Below, in pieces: positions 19,989 to 29,765 of a DNA stretch of 64,000 nucleotides. Origin of the DNA: Alphaproteobacteria bacterium (GTDB lineage Bacteria > Pseudomonadota > Alphaproteobacteria > Bin95); assembly GCA_964291285.2 (NCBI GenBank), contig OZ219788.1:416001-480000 (forward strand), given 5' to 3'. Each line of letters begins with the position of its first letter. The first letter of the stretch is position 1. A program made the translations under genes and the position numbers. The notes under the pieces were generated by a model that saw only the letters and a program-made list of their open reading frames with translations, was not told the origin of the DNA and made no database searches.

Positions 19989-21302
19989 CTATGCCGACGG
20001 CCGCTGCAGGCCGTAATGGTCGCGTAGCGTCGTGCCGACATACTCCGTGCGGAAGCGCCCGCGACGCTTGAGGATCGGCACGACCTCTTCGGCGAACACG
20101 TCCAGCATGTGCGGCAGAAGCAGCGGCATGACGTTGAAACCGTCGGCCGCGCCGTCATCGACCCACTCTTCGATGGTGTCGGCGACCTGCTCGGGGGTTC
20201 CCGCCATGACGAAGTGCCCGCGCGCGCCGGCCAGCTTCCCCAGGAGCTGGCGCATCGTAAGTTTCTCCCGCTCGACGGCGCCTACGATCAGCTCCGTGCG
20301 ACCGCGCGAACTCTGATTCTCGGCCGGGTCCGGGAAGTCGCCGGCCGTGAGCACGCGGTCGAGGGGGATATGCGAGAAGTCGTGCCCGTCGAAGCGCTGC
20401 GAGAGGCGGGAGAGGCTCGACTCGGTGTCGGCCATCTCGTTGAGCTCCCGCTCCATGCGCCTCGCCTCGGCCTCCGTGCCGGCAATGACCATGCTGATGC
20501 CGGGCAGGATCAGGCACTGGTCCGCCGGCCGTCCGCTCGCCACCGTTCGCGTCTTCAGGTCCTTGTAGAACTCCTGCGCGGTCGCCTTGGTCATGTGGGC
20601 GGTGAAGACAGCCTCGGCGTGCCTTGCCGCGAAGGTCTTGCCGGTGTCCGACGACCCGGCCTGGACGAGCACCGGCCACCCCTGGGGGCCGCGCGGGATG
20701 TTCAGCGGCCCCGCCACATCGTAGTGGGGGCCATGGTGATCGATGGGCCTCACCCGTTCGCGACGGTAGTAATAGCCGGCCTCGCGGTCGTCCAGGACAG
20801 CGTCGTCCGCCCAGCTGTCCCAGAGTTTCCTGGCGACCTCCACGAACTCTTCCGCCCGCTCGTAGCGGTCGGCATGGGGGCGCCGGCCCCGGCTATCGAA
20901 ATTGTTGGCGCCGGCAATGCTGAAGGACGTCACGATGTTCCACCCCGCCCGGCCCCGGCTGATATGGTCCAGCGAGGTGAACATGCGCGCGATGCTGAAG
21001 GGCTCGGAGTGCGTCGTCGAAGCCGTGCCGATGAGCCCGATGCGGCTTGTCGCCATGGCTGTCGCCGCCAGTGTGGTGAACGGGTCCAGATACATGCGCG
21101 CGGTGCGGTCCGCGTCGGGCGCCAGCCCCAGCGTGTCGGCGAGGAAGATCGAATCCATGTGCGCGGCTTCCGCCTTTTGCGCGCACTCGACGACATGGTC
21201 GATGTCCAGCAGCCCGCGCCCGGGAGCCTTGGGGTGCCGCCAGGCCGCCTCGTGGTGGCCGCGGGCATAGATGAACAGGTTCAGGTGGAGCTGGCGTTTC
21301 AT
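19989..21302 (-). CDS. LLM-class flavin-dependent monooxygenase (NtaA/DszA/SnaA family)
   Basis: GHHEAAWRHP, SLDHISRGRAGWNIVTS, PVLVQAGSS, ADGFNVMP, TLRDHYGL. Confidence 0.93.
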   Translation of the reverse strand: MKRQLHLNLFIYARGHHEAAWRHPKAPGRGLLDIDHVVECAQKAEAAHMDSIFLADTLGLAPDADRTARMYLDPFTTLAATAMATSRIGLIGTASTTHSEPFSIARMFTSLDHISRGRAGWNIVTSFSIAGANNFDSRGRRPHADRYERAEEFVEVARKLWDSWADDAVLDDREAGYYYRRERVRPIDHHGPHYDVAGPLNIPRGPQGWPVLVQAGSSDTGKTFAARHAEAVFTAHMTKATAQEFYKDLKTRTVASGRPADQCLILPGISMVIAGTEAEARRMERELNEMADTESSLSRLSQRFDGHDFSHIPLDRVLTAGDFPDPAENQSSRGRTELIVGAVEREKLTMRQLLGKLAGARGHFVMAGTPEQVADTIEEWVDDGAADGFNVMPLLLPHMLDVFAEEVVPILKRRGRFRTEYVGTTLRDHYGLQRPSA

Positions 21303-21484
21303 CCCCGCCTCCGTCGAGCCAATCCGCCTGAACGGCCTCCGGCGTCCGGTCATTACAGGCTATGGAAGATTGCCCCGGCGATCACGGGCGTGGCAAGCAA
21401 CGGGACAGGATCGCAACGGCCCGGACCACCGCCATATCGCCGCGGGGCGGAGACGGCGAACGAGCGGCCCCGAAGCGTCGCGCC

Positions 21485-23212
21485 TCAGGCGTGCTGCTTC
21501 GCCTCGTATGCCGCGACCTCGCTCATGAACGGCGCGGCGACGTCAGCATTGATCTTGCAATCGAGGAAGACCGGGCCGTCGGGCGCCGCCAGCAGCGAGG
21601 CGAGCGCACTCAGGTCGTCGGGCGTGCGCACCGTGTGGGCGTCATAGCCGAACGCCTCGGCAACCGGCGCGAAATCTACGTCGGGGAAGACCGACTTGGC
21701 GACCGGGAGCTGGCGCAGCCGCAGGTGATGCAGTTCCGCGCCGTAGGCGCAGTCGTTCATCAGCACGATGACCAGCGGCAGGTCCTCGCGCACGACGGTT
21801 TCCAGCTCGCCCATGGTCATCAGGAAACCGCCGTCGCCGACCACGAACACCGTCGGAATGTCGGGACGCGCCCGGGCGAAGCCAAGCGCCGCGCCGAACC
21901 CCAGCCCGATGGAGGCGAAATCGTTGGTCATCTTGAAATGCGCGGGATCCGGCACCGACAGGTAGGGCACGACACCAAGGAAATTGCCCGCGTCGTAAAC
22001 GACATTCCGGGCGTCCGGCAGCATCCGGTCGAGCATGGCGGCGAGCGAGCGCGGATCGATCGTGCGCGCCGTGTTGGCCGGCTGGAAGTCGTCCGCGATG
22101 GAGAAGCCGTCGAGGACGGCCATGCTCCCGGCGCTGTGCTGGGGCTTGTCGGCGGCCCCCTTGTCCGCCACCGCCTCGAGAAGCTGTTCGACGGCCAGCC
22201 GGGCATCGCCCACGACGGCGACATCGGCCGTGGTCCAGCGGCCGATGCTGGCTCGCGAGGCGTCGATCTGGATCAGCGGCGCATCCGGCAGCGACTCGCC
22301 GAAACTCATGGTGAGGATGTTGAGCCCCGCGCCGACCGCGAGCACGCAATCGGCCTCGGCCGCCATGCGCCTTGCCGCGGAATGGGAGAACGAGCCGATG
22401 ATGCCGAGGTTGAGCGGATGGCCCCGGAACATGTCCTTGCCTCTGGCCGTCGTGGACAGCATCGCGCCGGTCTTTTCCGCCAGGCTGGCCAGCGCCTCGC
22501 GCGCACCCGACTTCCAGGCGCCGTGGCCCGCAAGGATGAGCGGCCTCTTCGCCCCGTCCAGCAGGGAGGCGGCCGCCTCGACGGCGTGAGCGCGCGCCGG
22601 CTGCGGGGGACGCGCCGGAACCGGCCCGGCGTCCAGCGGCTCCGGCGCCGGCCCGTCGACCGCGACGTCCTCGTGCTGGACATCGACGGGCAGGAGCAGC
22701 GCGACGGCCTGTCCGGTGCGCGCGAGCGCGGCCGCATCCGCCATCGTGGCGCGGGCTGTCGAGGCGCCGGTGGGCACGAACGCGCGCACGCCGGCCGCCT
22801 TCAGCACACCGGGGCCGTCCAGCGCCTTGTAGTCGGGCCCGAGCGCGTTCGCCGGCCCCGCCGGAAGCGCCGCCTCGCCATAGATGATGAGAACGGGATT
22901 GCCGGTGCGCGCGGCGAAAGACGCGGCCTGCAGCCCGTTGGCAAGCGCAGGCCCCCGCCCGACACAGGCCACGCCGAGACGTCCCGTCGCGGCCGCGTAG
23001 CCGTCGGCCATGCCGATGGCGACATTCTCGTGCCGCGCCCCGATCAGGCCGATGCCCATGGCGTCCAGCGTCACGGCGAACGCCGCCGTGTCGTCGCTCA
23101 TCAGCCCGAAGACCGAGTCGACGCCCATCGCCTTGAGGTCCTCGGCCAACGCCTGATAGACCGGCATGGTCCGCGTCCCCGCCGCGCCGCCTTCGAATTC
23201 CCGCGTCTTCAT
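21485..23212 (-). CDS. Thiamine pyrophosphate-dependent enzyme (acetolactate synthase-like)
   Basis: ARHENVAIGMADGYA; GDGGFLM...NDCAYG TPP-binding motif. Confidence 0.9.
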   Translation of the reverse strand: MKTREFEGGAAGTRTMPVYQALAEDLKAMGVDSVFGLMSDDTAAFAVTLDAMGIGLIGARHENVAIGMADGYAAATGRLGVACVGRGPALANGLQAASFAARTGNPVLIIYGEAALPAGPANALGPDYKALDGPGVLKAAGVRAFVPTGASTARATMADAAALARTGQAVALLLPVDVQHEDVAVDGPAPEPLDAGPVPARPPQPARAHAVEAAASLLDGAKRPLILAGHGAWKSGAREALASLAEKTGAMLSTTARGKDMFRGHPLNLGIIGSFSHSAARRMAAEADCVLAVGAGLNILTMSFGESLPDAPLIQIDASRASIGRWTTADVAVVGDARLAVEQLLEAVADKGAADKPQHSAGSMAVLDGFSIADDFQPANTARTIDPRSLAAMLDRMLPDARNVVYDAGNFLGVVPYLSVPDPAHFKMTNDFASIGLGFGAALGFARARPDIPTVFVVGDGGFLMTMGELETVVREDLPLVIVLMNDCAYGAELHHLRLRQLPVAKSVFPDVDFAPVAEAFGYDAHTVRTPDDLSALASLLAAPDGPVFLDCKINADVAAPFMSEVAAYEAKQHA

Positions 23213-23273
23213 CCTGCCGCCCTCCGGTCCGGTTCGCCGGACAGCATACCCGATGCGGGCCGCCGGTTTCCGG

Positions 23274-24989
23274 TCACCATCCCATGGCCCGGCCGGAACG
23301 GCGCGGGTCGGCCCCGCCGCAGATCAGGCCGGTCTCAAGATTCGCGCTGATTGCGCACACGCCGGCGACCGCATCCGAACGGGCGCCGTGCCATTCCACA
23401 TCGTGGCCCCGCGCGGCAAGCTCGGCGCCGACTTCCGGCGCAATCCCCTCCTCCACGACCAGCCGCCCCGGCTTCGCCTCGTGGGGCTCGAAGGAGTTCG
23501 GATGGCTCAGGGTGGCGAAGCGCGGCGCCTCGATGGCCGGCTGGATGTCCATGCCGAAGACCAGATGGTTCAGCAGCACCTGCAGCATGCCCTGCGGCTG
23601 CGCATCGCCGCCCGGCGCGCCGAACGGCATGGTCAGCCGGCCGGGCGCCAGTGCGAGCGCGGGGTTCGGCGTCAGCCGGGGCCGCTTGCCCGCAGCCACG
23701 GCCGAGGCGTGCCCGGCGAGCGCGAAGGACTGCGAGCCGCGCGAGGACGGGCAGAATCCGAGGCCCGGAATGGCCGGCCCCTCGAAGGACACGTCGCTCG
23801 GCGTCGCCGAACAGACATTGCCGGCGCGGTCGACGGCGCAGGCGTAGGAGGTGTCGGCCGCCGCAATCGAGGCCGACCGGTCCACGGGCGGGATGAAGCT
23901 CACGCCTCCGTAGCCGGCGATGTCCCCGGGCGGCGGCATTCCGGGCCAGGCGCGGTCCGGGTCGATGTCCCTGCGGCGGGCCGCGGCGTAGTCCGCAGAC
24001 AGCAGGCGGTCGATGGGCACCTCGATCACGTCCGGGTCGCCGTAGAACGTCTCGCGGTCCGAGAAGACCAGTTTGATCGCCTCCGCCAGCGTGTGGACAT
24101 AGTCGGCCGAGTTGTGCCCGAGGCCCGCGAGGCCGCAGCCTTCCAGAATCCGCAGCATCTGCAGCAGGGTCGGGCCCTGGCACCAGGGCCGGCAGCTATA
24201 GACCCGCACGCCCTCGAACCCGATGCTGACCGGCGCCTCGACGGGCGTGCGGTAGCCGGCAAGGTCGGCGGCGGAAAGCAGGCCGCCGTTCTCCTCGTGG
24301 TAGGCGACGATCCTCTTCGCGATGTCGCCGGCGTAGAAGGCGTCGCGCGCCGCCCGGAGCCCGTCGCGGCGGTGGCCGGAGGCGGCGCCTTCCTCGTCCG
24401 CCATAAATTGCAGCGTGGCGGCGAGGTCGGCCTGCACCAGCAGGTCGCCTGTTTCCAGGGGTTCGCCGTCCTTCAGCCAGATCGCCGCATTGCCCGGCCA
24501 CATCCGGTAGCGGTCCCGGTAGCGGGCGATGAACTTCGCCATCACCGGATGCACGGTGAAGCCCTCGCGCGCATAGCGGATGGCGGGCGCGGCGACCTCG
24601 GCGAAGGACATGGTGCCGAACCTCGCCAGCGCGGTGATCCAGGCGTCGGGGGCTGCCGGCACGACCGTGCGAAGCACCCCGATGGGGATCGCGCCGCCAT
24701 GCCGGTCGCTAAACAGCTCCAGGCTCGCCGCCTTCGGCCAGTATCCGAGGCCGGCGATGCTTACCACCTCGCCCCGTTCGGCAAGGTAGATGAGCATCGG
24801 CGCCACGCCGGAGAACTGCACCTGGTCGCTGTGGACCACGCCGAGCGCGATTCCCGCAGCGACGCCGGCATCGACCGCATTGCCGCCGGCCTCCAGCATG
24901 GCGAAACCCGCCTCGGTCGCCAGATAGTGGCCCGCGACGCACATGTGGCGGCGCGCCGTGACCATCGGCTGCTGCGGCAGGTCCGCCAT
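23274..24989 (-). CDS. ggt: Gamma-glutamyltransferase family protein
   Basis: GGNAVDAGVA, DTSY autoprocessing Thr, GKRPRLT, PGGDAQPQ, GGADPRR. Confidence 0.92.
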   Translation of the reverse strand: MADLPQQPMVTARRHMCVAGHYLATEAGFAMLEAGGNAVDAGVAAGIALGVVHSDQVQFSGVAPMLIYLAERGEVVSIAGLGYWPKAASLELFSDRHGGAIPIGVLRTVVPAAPDAWITALARFGTMSFAEVAAPAIRYAREGFTVHPVMAKFIARYRDRYRMWPGNAAIWLKDGEPLETGDLLVQADLAATLQFMADEEGAASGHRRDGLRAARDAFYAGDIAKRIVAYHEENGGLLSAADLAGYRTPVEAPVSIGFEGVRVYSCRPWCQGPTLLQMLRILEGCGLAGLGHNSADYVHTLAEAIKLVFSDRETFYGDPDVIEVPIDRLLSADYAAARRRDIDPDRAWPGMPPPGDIAGYGGVSFIPPVDRSASIAAADTSYACAVDRAGNVCSATPSDVSFEGPAIPGLGFCPSSRGSQSFALAGHASAVAAGKRPRLTPNPALALAPGRLTMPFGAPGGDAQPQGMLQVLLNHLVFGMDIQPAIEAPRFATLSHPNSFEPHEAKPGRLVVEEGIAPEVGAELAARGHDVEWHGARSDAVAGVCAISANLETGLICGGADPRRSGRAMGW

Positions 24990-25008
24990 TGCAGACACCC
25001 TTCGCCGG

Positions 25009-25884
25009 CTATTCGGCCGGCTCGAGCTTGTCCTGGGTGCGGAGCTCAAAATCGGAGGCGTCATGGCGCTCGTGGAGCTGGTCCTCGAGCGGCCCCCTGA
25101 TCCGGTTGACCTTCCGGCCCCGGATCACGGCGTCACGGGCCGCGATCTCGTCATACCAGCGGACGACATTGGCATAGTCCTTCGCGGCCAGGAACTCCGC
25201 GGCGCCGTAGAGCGCGTCCGTCGTCAGCACGCCGTACCAGGGCCAGATCGCCATGTCGGCGACGGTGTAGTCGTCGCCCGCCACGAAGCGCGTCTCGGCG
25301 AGCTGCCTGTCGAGCACGTCGAGCTGGCGCTTCACTTCCATCGTGTAGCGGTCGATCGGGTATTGCTGCTTGCTGGGCGCATAGGCGTAGAAATGCCCGA
25401 AGCCGCCGCCGAGATAAGGCGCGGAGCCCATCTGCCAGAACAGCCAGGAGAGGCACTCCGCGCGCTCGGAGGGGTCCTCCGGGATGAAGGCGCCGAACTT
25501 CTCCGCCAGGTAGAGCAGGATCGCGCCGGACTCGAACACGCGCGTCGGCCTCGGCGTGGAATGGTCCACCAGCGCCGGGATTTTCGAGTTCGGGTTGATG
25601 GCGACGAAGCCCGAGCCGAACTGGTCGCCGTCGCCGATCCTGATCACATAGGCGTCGTATTCCGCGCCGCTGTGCCCCGCCGCCAGCAGCTCCTCCAGCA
25701 TCACCGTGACCTTCACGCCGTTGGGCGTGGCCAGCGAGTAGAGCTGGAGCGGGTGCTTGCCGCGCGGCAGCTCCTGCTCATGCGTGGCGCCGGCGACGGG
25801 GCGGTTGATCGAGGCGAAGCGGCCACCGCTTTCCTGCTCCCAGGTCCAGACTTTCGGCGGTTCGTAGGCGGAGGCGTCGGTCAT
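25009..25884 (-). CDS. yghU: Glutathione-dependent disulfide-bond oxidoreductase (GST Nu class)
   Basis: YEPPKVWTW, INRPVAGATHE, LYSLATPNGVKV, NPNSKIPAL, LHERHDASDF. Confidence 0.92.
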   Translation of the reverse strand: MTDASAYEPPKVWTWEQESGGRFASINRPVAGATHEQELPRGKHPLQLYSLATPNGVKVTVMLEELLAAGHSGAEYDAYVIRIGDGDQFGSGFVAINPNSKIPALVDHSTPRPTRVFESGAILLYLAEKFGAFIPEDPSERAECLSWLFWQMGSAPYLGGGFGHFYAYAPSKQQYPIDRYTMEVKRQLDVLDRQLAETRFVAGDDYTVADMAIWPWYGVLTTDALYGAAEFLAAKDYANVVRWYDEIAARDAVIRGRKVNRIRGPLEDQLHERHDASDFELRTQDKLEPAE

Positions 25885-26106
25885 GTCGTCGTCCTTCACG
25901 GGCATCGGGTATGCAGGGAGTGCGAAGACCGACCGTTTACCATCCCCGGACCCGGATTGCATGCGCTGCGGCGCCCGCCCGCATTTCGGGTCAACTTCAC
26001 AACCGTTCCCCCGGCTCCTCTACAAGCTATTGTGAGCGCCGCGGGCCTGTGCGGAGATATGCGGCCCAGTAACGGCCCCCACGAACCGACGACCGGTGCC
26101 CCCGCC

Positions 26107-27381
26107 ATGCACACGATCCTCTTTCTCGAACCCGGCCACTTCCACGCCGCCCTCGCCCTGCGGACGGCAAATCCCCGGATCGATCCCACCATCCATCTCT
26201 ACGCCCGTCCCGGCCCGGATCGCGACGCCTTCATGACCCTGGTCCGCTCTTTCAATGCGCGGGACGACCAGCCGACGGACTGGAATGTCCGGACACACGA
26301 AGCGGCCGATCCGGAGCGGGCCTTGGTCGAGGAGCGGCGCGGGGACATCGTCGTCCTTGCCGGACGCAACCAGCCCAAGCTCGGTACCATCGCGCGCCTG
26401 CACGCGGCGGGGCTGCACGTGCTCGCCGACAAGCCCTGGCTCACGGAAGGCGCGGCGCTCCCGGACCTCGAGCGGGCAACGGCAGGCTGGCCGCTCGCAA
26501 TGGACATCATGACCTTTCGCCACGAGGCGATCGCGCGGCTCACGCGGAAGATCGCGACCGACCTGCAACTGTTCGGCGCCCCTGAGGGCCACGCGGACGA
26601 ACCTGCAATCGACATCCAGTCCGTGCACCATCTGCTCAAGGTGGTTAACGGCGCGCCGCTCCGGCGGCCTTCCTGGTACTACGACACCCGTATCCAGGGC
26701 GACGGCCTCGTCGACATCCAGTCCCACATGGTCGACCAGGCCCAATGGATCCTCGGCGACGGTCCGGGCTTCCTGTTCGAGCGGGACTATGAGCTCGACG
26801 ACGCGCGCCGCTGGAGTACCCCGGTGCCGCGCGACCTCTTCCATGCCAGCACCGGACTGGACGAATTCCCGGAGGCTCTGGAGCCCCGGGTGGACGACGG
26901 GGTGCTGCACCTCGCCTGCAACGGCGAGATCCGGTACCGGCTGCGGGGCGTGCCCGTTCGCCAGCGGGCGGAGTGGGGGCAGCGCGAGCCGGACGGAGGC
27001 GGCGACGCGCACCGGACGACGGTGCGGGGCGAACGCGCGACGATCATCGCGCGCCGCGGGCCCGAGACCGGCTTCCGGGGGGAATTGCACGTCACGCCGC
27101 ACAAGCCGGAACCCGGCTTCGAGACCCGCCTCTCGGAGAGGCTTGCCGCCTGGGAGGCCGGGATGCCCGGTCTGACGCACCGCCCGTCCGCCCTCGGGCA
27201 CGAGGTCGTCGTCCCGGCCGCGCTCCACACTCCGCACGAAGCGCACTTCGCGATGGTGCTGAACGACTTCCTCGACCTACTCGATGCGGGCGAATGGCCG
27301 GCCGTACTCGCCGCGCGCATCCGCGCCCGCTACACGGTTCTTGCGCGGGCGTGCGAACGCTGTAATCAGGCCCGCGAATGA
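26107..27381 (+). CDS. Putative oxidoreductase (Gfo/Idh/MocA-related)
   Basis: LEPGHFHAAL, HVLADKPW, MDIMTFRHE, QGDGLVDIQSHMVD, HEAHF. Confidence 0.75.
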   Translation: MHTILFLEPGHFHAALALRTANPRIDPTIHLYARPGPDRDAFMTLVRSFNARDDQPTDWNVRTHEAADPERALVEERRGDIVVLAGRNQPKLGTIARLHAAGLHVLADKPWLTEGAALPDLERATAGWPLAMDIMTFRHEAIARLTRKIATDLQLFGAPEGHADEPAIDIQSVHHLLKVVNGAPLRRPSWYYDTRIQGDGLVDIQSHMVDQAQWILGDGPGFLFERDYELDDARRWSTPVPRDLFHASTGLDEFPEALEPRVDDGVLHLACNGEIRYRLRGVPVRQRAEWGQREPDGGGDAHRTTVRGERATIIARRGPETGFRGELHVTPHKPEPGFETRLSERLAAWEAGMPGLTHRPSALGHEVVVPAALHTPHEAHFAMVLNDFLDLLDAGEWPAVLAARIRARYTVLARACERCNQARE

Positions 27382-27646
27382 CGCGGCGCCAGTCCGTCGC
27401 ATTGGCCCAATCCGGAGCCCGTCCAAACCATTTCAGCCCGACGGGACAGCCGATAAGGCAAGCCCGGTCCAGCGGCACGTCTTGCGCACCGGCACAGCGC
27501 CCGCGCCAGGTGACGAATGTCCTCTCCGTTGCGGTGCAAGCGCACGGTGCCGGTCGCCCGACCACGCAGTACAGGTTGTTGCGCTCCGTCCGGGGTTTCG
27601 GTTGAGCTGTACGGACGAGCTCGTTTCAACCCGAAAGGTATCGTGC

Positions 27647-28474
27647 TCAGTGATAGGGGCGGTCGCCCTTGATGGTCACGCGCACCCCGCTCCTCGTCTC
27701 GGGATAGTAGTCCCAGGTCGCATGGTGCTGCGTGCAGCGGTTGTCCCACATTGCGATCGAGTTCTTCTGCCACCGGAACCGGCACTGGAACTGCGGCTTG
27801 GCGTTGTGCGCATAGAGGAACTCGAGCAGCGAATTGCTCTCCGTCTGCGTCATGCCCACGATGTTCTGCGTGAAGGGCCGGTTCACATAGATGAGCTTGC
27901 GGCCGGTTTCGGGGTGGGTGCGGATCACCGGGTGTATCGCGTGCGGATGCTCCTCCCGGCGCAGGCCGCCGCCGATCTGCTCGTAGCGGTTGCGATGCAC
28001 GTCGGCGGTGTGCAGCGCCTCCAGCGGCTCGAGGACGCTCTTCATGGTGTCGGAGAGCGCGTCGTAGGCGGCGTACATGTTCGCGAACAAGGTGTCGCCG
28101 CCGACCGACGGCACCGTGCTCAGGTGCAGGATGCTCGCCATCGGCGGCTCTTCGTCGGCGCTCACGTCCGTGTGCCAGTCGGTGCCCTCGGCGAAGGGCG
28201 ACGTCGCGTCGGCGTGGATCTTCATGAGCTCCGGGCGGTCGTCCACGCAGGGCGCCGACGGGTGGATGTGGAGCTCGCCGAAGCGGCGCCCGAACGCCAC
28301 ATGCTGTTCGTGGTCGATGTCCTGGTCGCGGAAGAAGAGCACGAGATGTTCGAGCAGCCCGCCGTGCAGCGTGCGGAACGCCTCGTCGTCGAGCGGCTCA
28401 CGCAGGTCCACCCCATGCACCTCCGCGCCGATATGGCGGGTGAGCGGCCTGAACTCGATAGTGTCGTTTCGCAT
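27647..28474 (-). CDS. tauD: TauD-family taurine/sulfonate dioxygenase
   Basis: IGAEVHGVDL, WHTDVS, GGDTLFANM, HPVIRTHPETG, WDNRCTQH. Confidence 0.88.
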   Translation of the reverse strand: MRNDTIEFRPLTRHIGAEVHGVDLREPLDDEAFRTLHGGLLEHLVLFFRDQDIDHEQHVAFGRRFGELHIHPSAPCVDDRPELMKIHADATSPFAEGTDWHTDVSADEEPPMASILHLSTVPSVGGDTLFANMYAAYDALSDTMKSVLEPLEALHTADVHRNRYEQIGGGLRREEHPHAIHPVIRTHPETGRKLIYVNRPFTQNIVGMTQTESNSLLEFLYAHNAKPQFQCRFRWQKNSIAMWDNRCTQHHATWDYYPETRSGVRVTIKGDRPYH

Positions 28475-28628
28475 TGTTCCCTCCGACTGTGCACGGACAC
28501 ACCAGTACCCGCAATCATGCGCAAGCCCGCATGGAGGCGTCAATGATTCGATTCGCCCCGCTCGGAGCCGGCCGGCATCAAACCCTCCAGGTTATTCTTG
28601 AACTCTGGCGCGTTCGGGGCAATCCCTA

Positions 28629-29503
28629 GGCCCTGTGGACGTATTGACTCAGGAGCGTGTTCAGGGATTCCCGTGCGAGGATTTGTCTGAATCATGAGGC
28701 GTCGGCGATTCGGGGGTTTCTTTGATGTCGACGAAGATGACGAATGGAGACTGGGAGGTTGCGCTGGAGGTTTTCCGGCTTTGCCTTCCGAGGCGGGGTG
28801 CGAAGGCGAAGGACGACCGTCTGTTTCTGGAGGCGCTGCACTTCTTTGCGGTTCACAACATCACCTGGCGGGCGCTGCCGGAGCGGTTCGGGCACTGGAA
28901 TACGGTATGGCGGCGTTTTCACCGTCTGAGCCGTTCAGGGGTGTTCGAGGACTTTTTCGCCACGCTGGCGGATTTGAGCAGCACGGCGCACCTGGTTCAG
29001 ATGTTCGATTCGACCGTGACCCGCGCGCATGTATCGGCGGCCGGCGCAAAAGGGGGCAGCAGGGTCAGGCGCTTGGACGCTCGCGGGGCGGTTTCAGCAC
29101 CAAAATCCACCTGAAGACGGATTTCGACGGCCTGCCGATCGCCTTCGACCTGACCGGCGGCGAGGCTGCCGACAGTCCGCATTTCGAGACCCTGATGGAC
29201 ATCGGCCCCGATGTCCGGCCCCGCGCCATCGTCGCCGACAAGGGCTACGACAGCGCCGGAAACCGCCAACTCGCCCGGAAAAGAGGCGCCCTGACCGTCA
29301 TTCCCTACCGGAAGAACATCAAAAACAGGCCAAAGCGCTTCGCAAGCGCGCTCTACAGAGGACGGGCGCGCATCGAACAGGCCGTCGGCAAGCTCAAACG
29401 CTTCAAACGCATCGCCCTGCGCTGCGAAAAGACCGCCACAAACTTCAGCTCCTTCGTCGCACTCGCCGCTGCCTTCATCTTGATCAAATCCGTCCACAGG
29501 GCC
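28629..29503 (+). mobile_element. IS5-family (IS427-like) element, complete
   Basis: Perfect 13-bp IRs GGCCCTGTGGACG / CGTCCACAGGGCC, flanked by TA on both sides (empty site CTAG). Confidence 0.93.
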
Positions 29504-29506
29504 TAG
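28725..29506 (+). CDS. IS5 transposase, two ORFs joined by a -1 frameshift
   Basis: orfA WRALPERFGHWNTVWRRF...FDST; slippery AAAAGGGGG at 29048-29056; orfB GRSRGGFSTKIH, ADKGYDS, RIEQAVGKLKRFKRIA; stop TAG is formed from the target site. Confidence 0.88.
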
Positions 29507-29765
29507 TGCAGCGCCTCGCCTGTCTGCACAGTCTGGCAGCGTGCTTTGTGTTCGCGCCGGGCATCATATAGGTTTCGGGCCAGCCTCTTTTCGAGAACGT
29601 CCCATTGACTTGGATTCAGCGGGTGCGGAACATGCGGTCCCGATCGGACCGCCGTCGGCTCGGGCGGAATTCGGGCCGGGAGCCGGCGCGTTTACCGGCT
29701 GACCGCAGCGCCCCGGCCATAATCGAGCCCGGCGCGCCGCATACGCCCCGAGGCGTCCGCAACTG

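Noticed and set aside
27594-27638. Stem-loop with GAAAC motifs as a possible hammerhead ribozyme
   Set aside because: No CUGANGA core on either strand; more likely a hairpin between convergent genes
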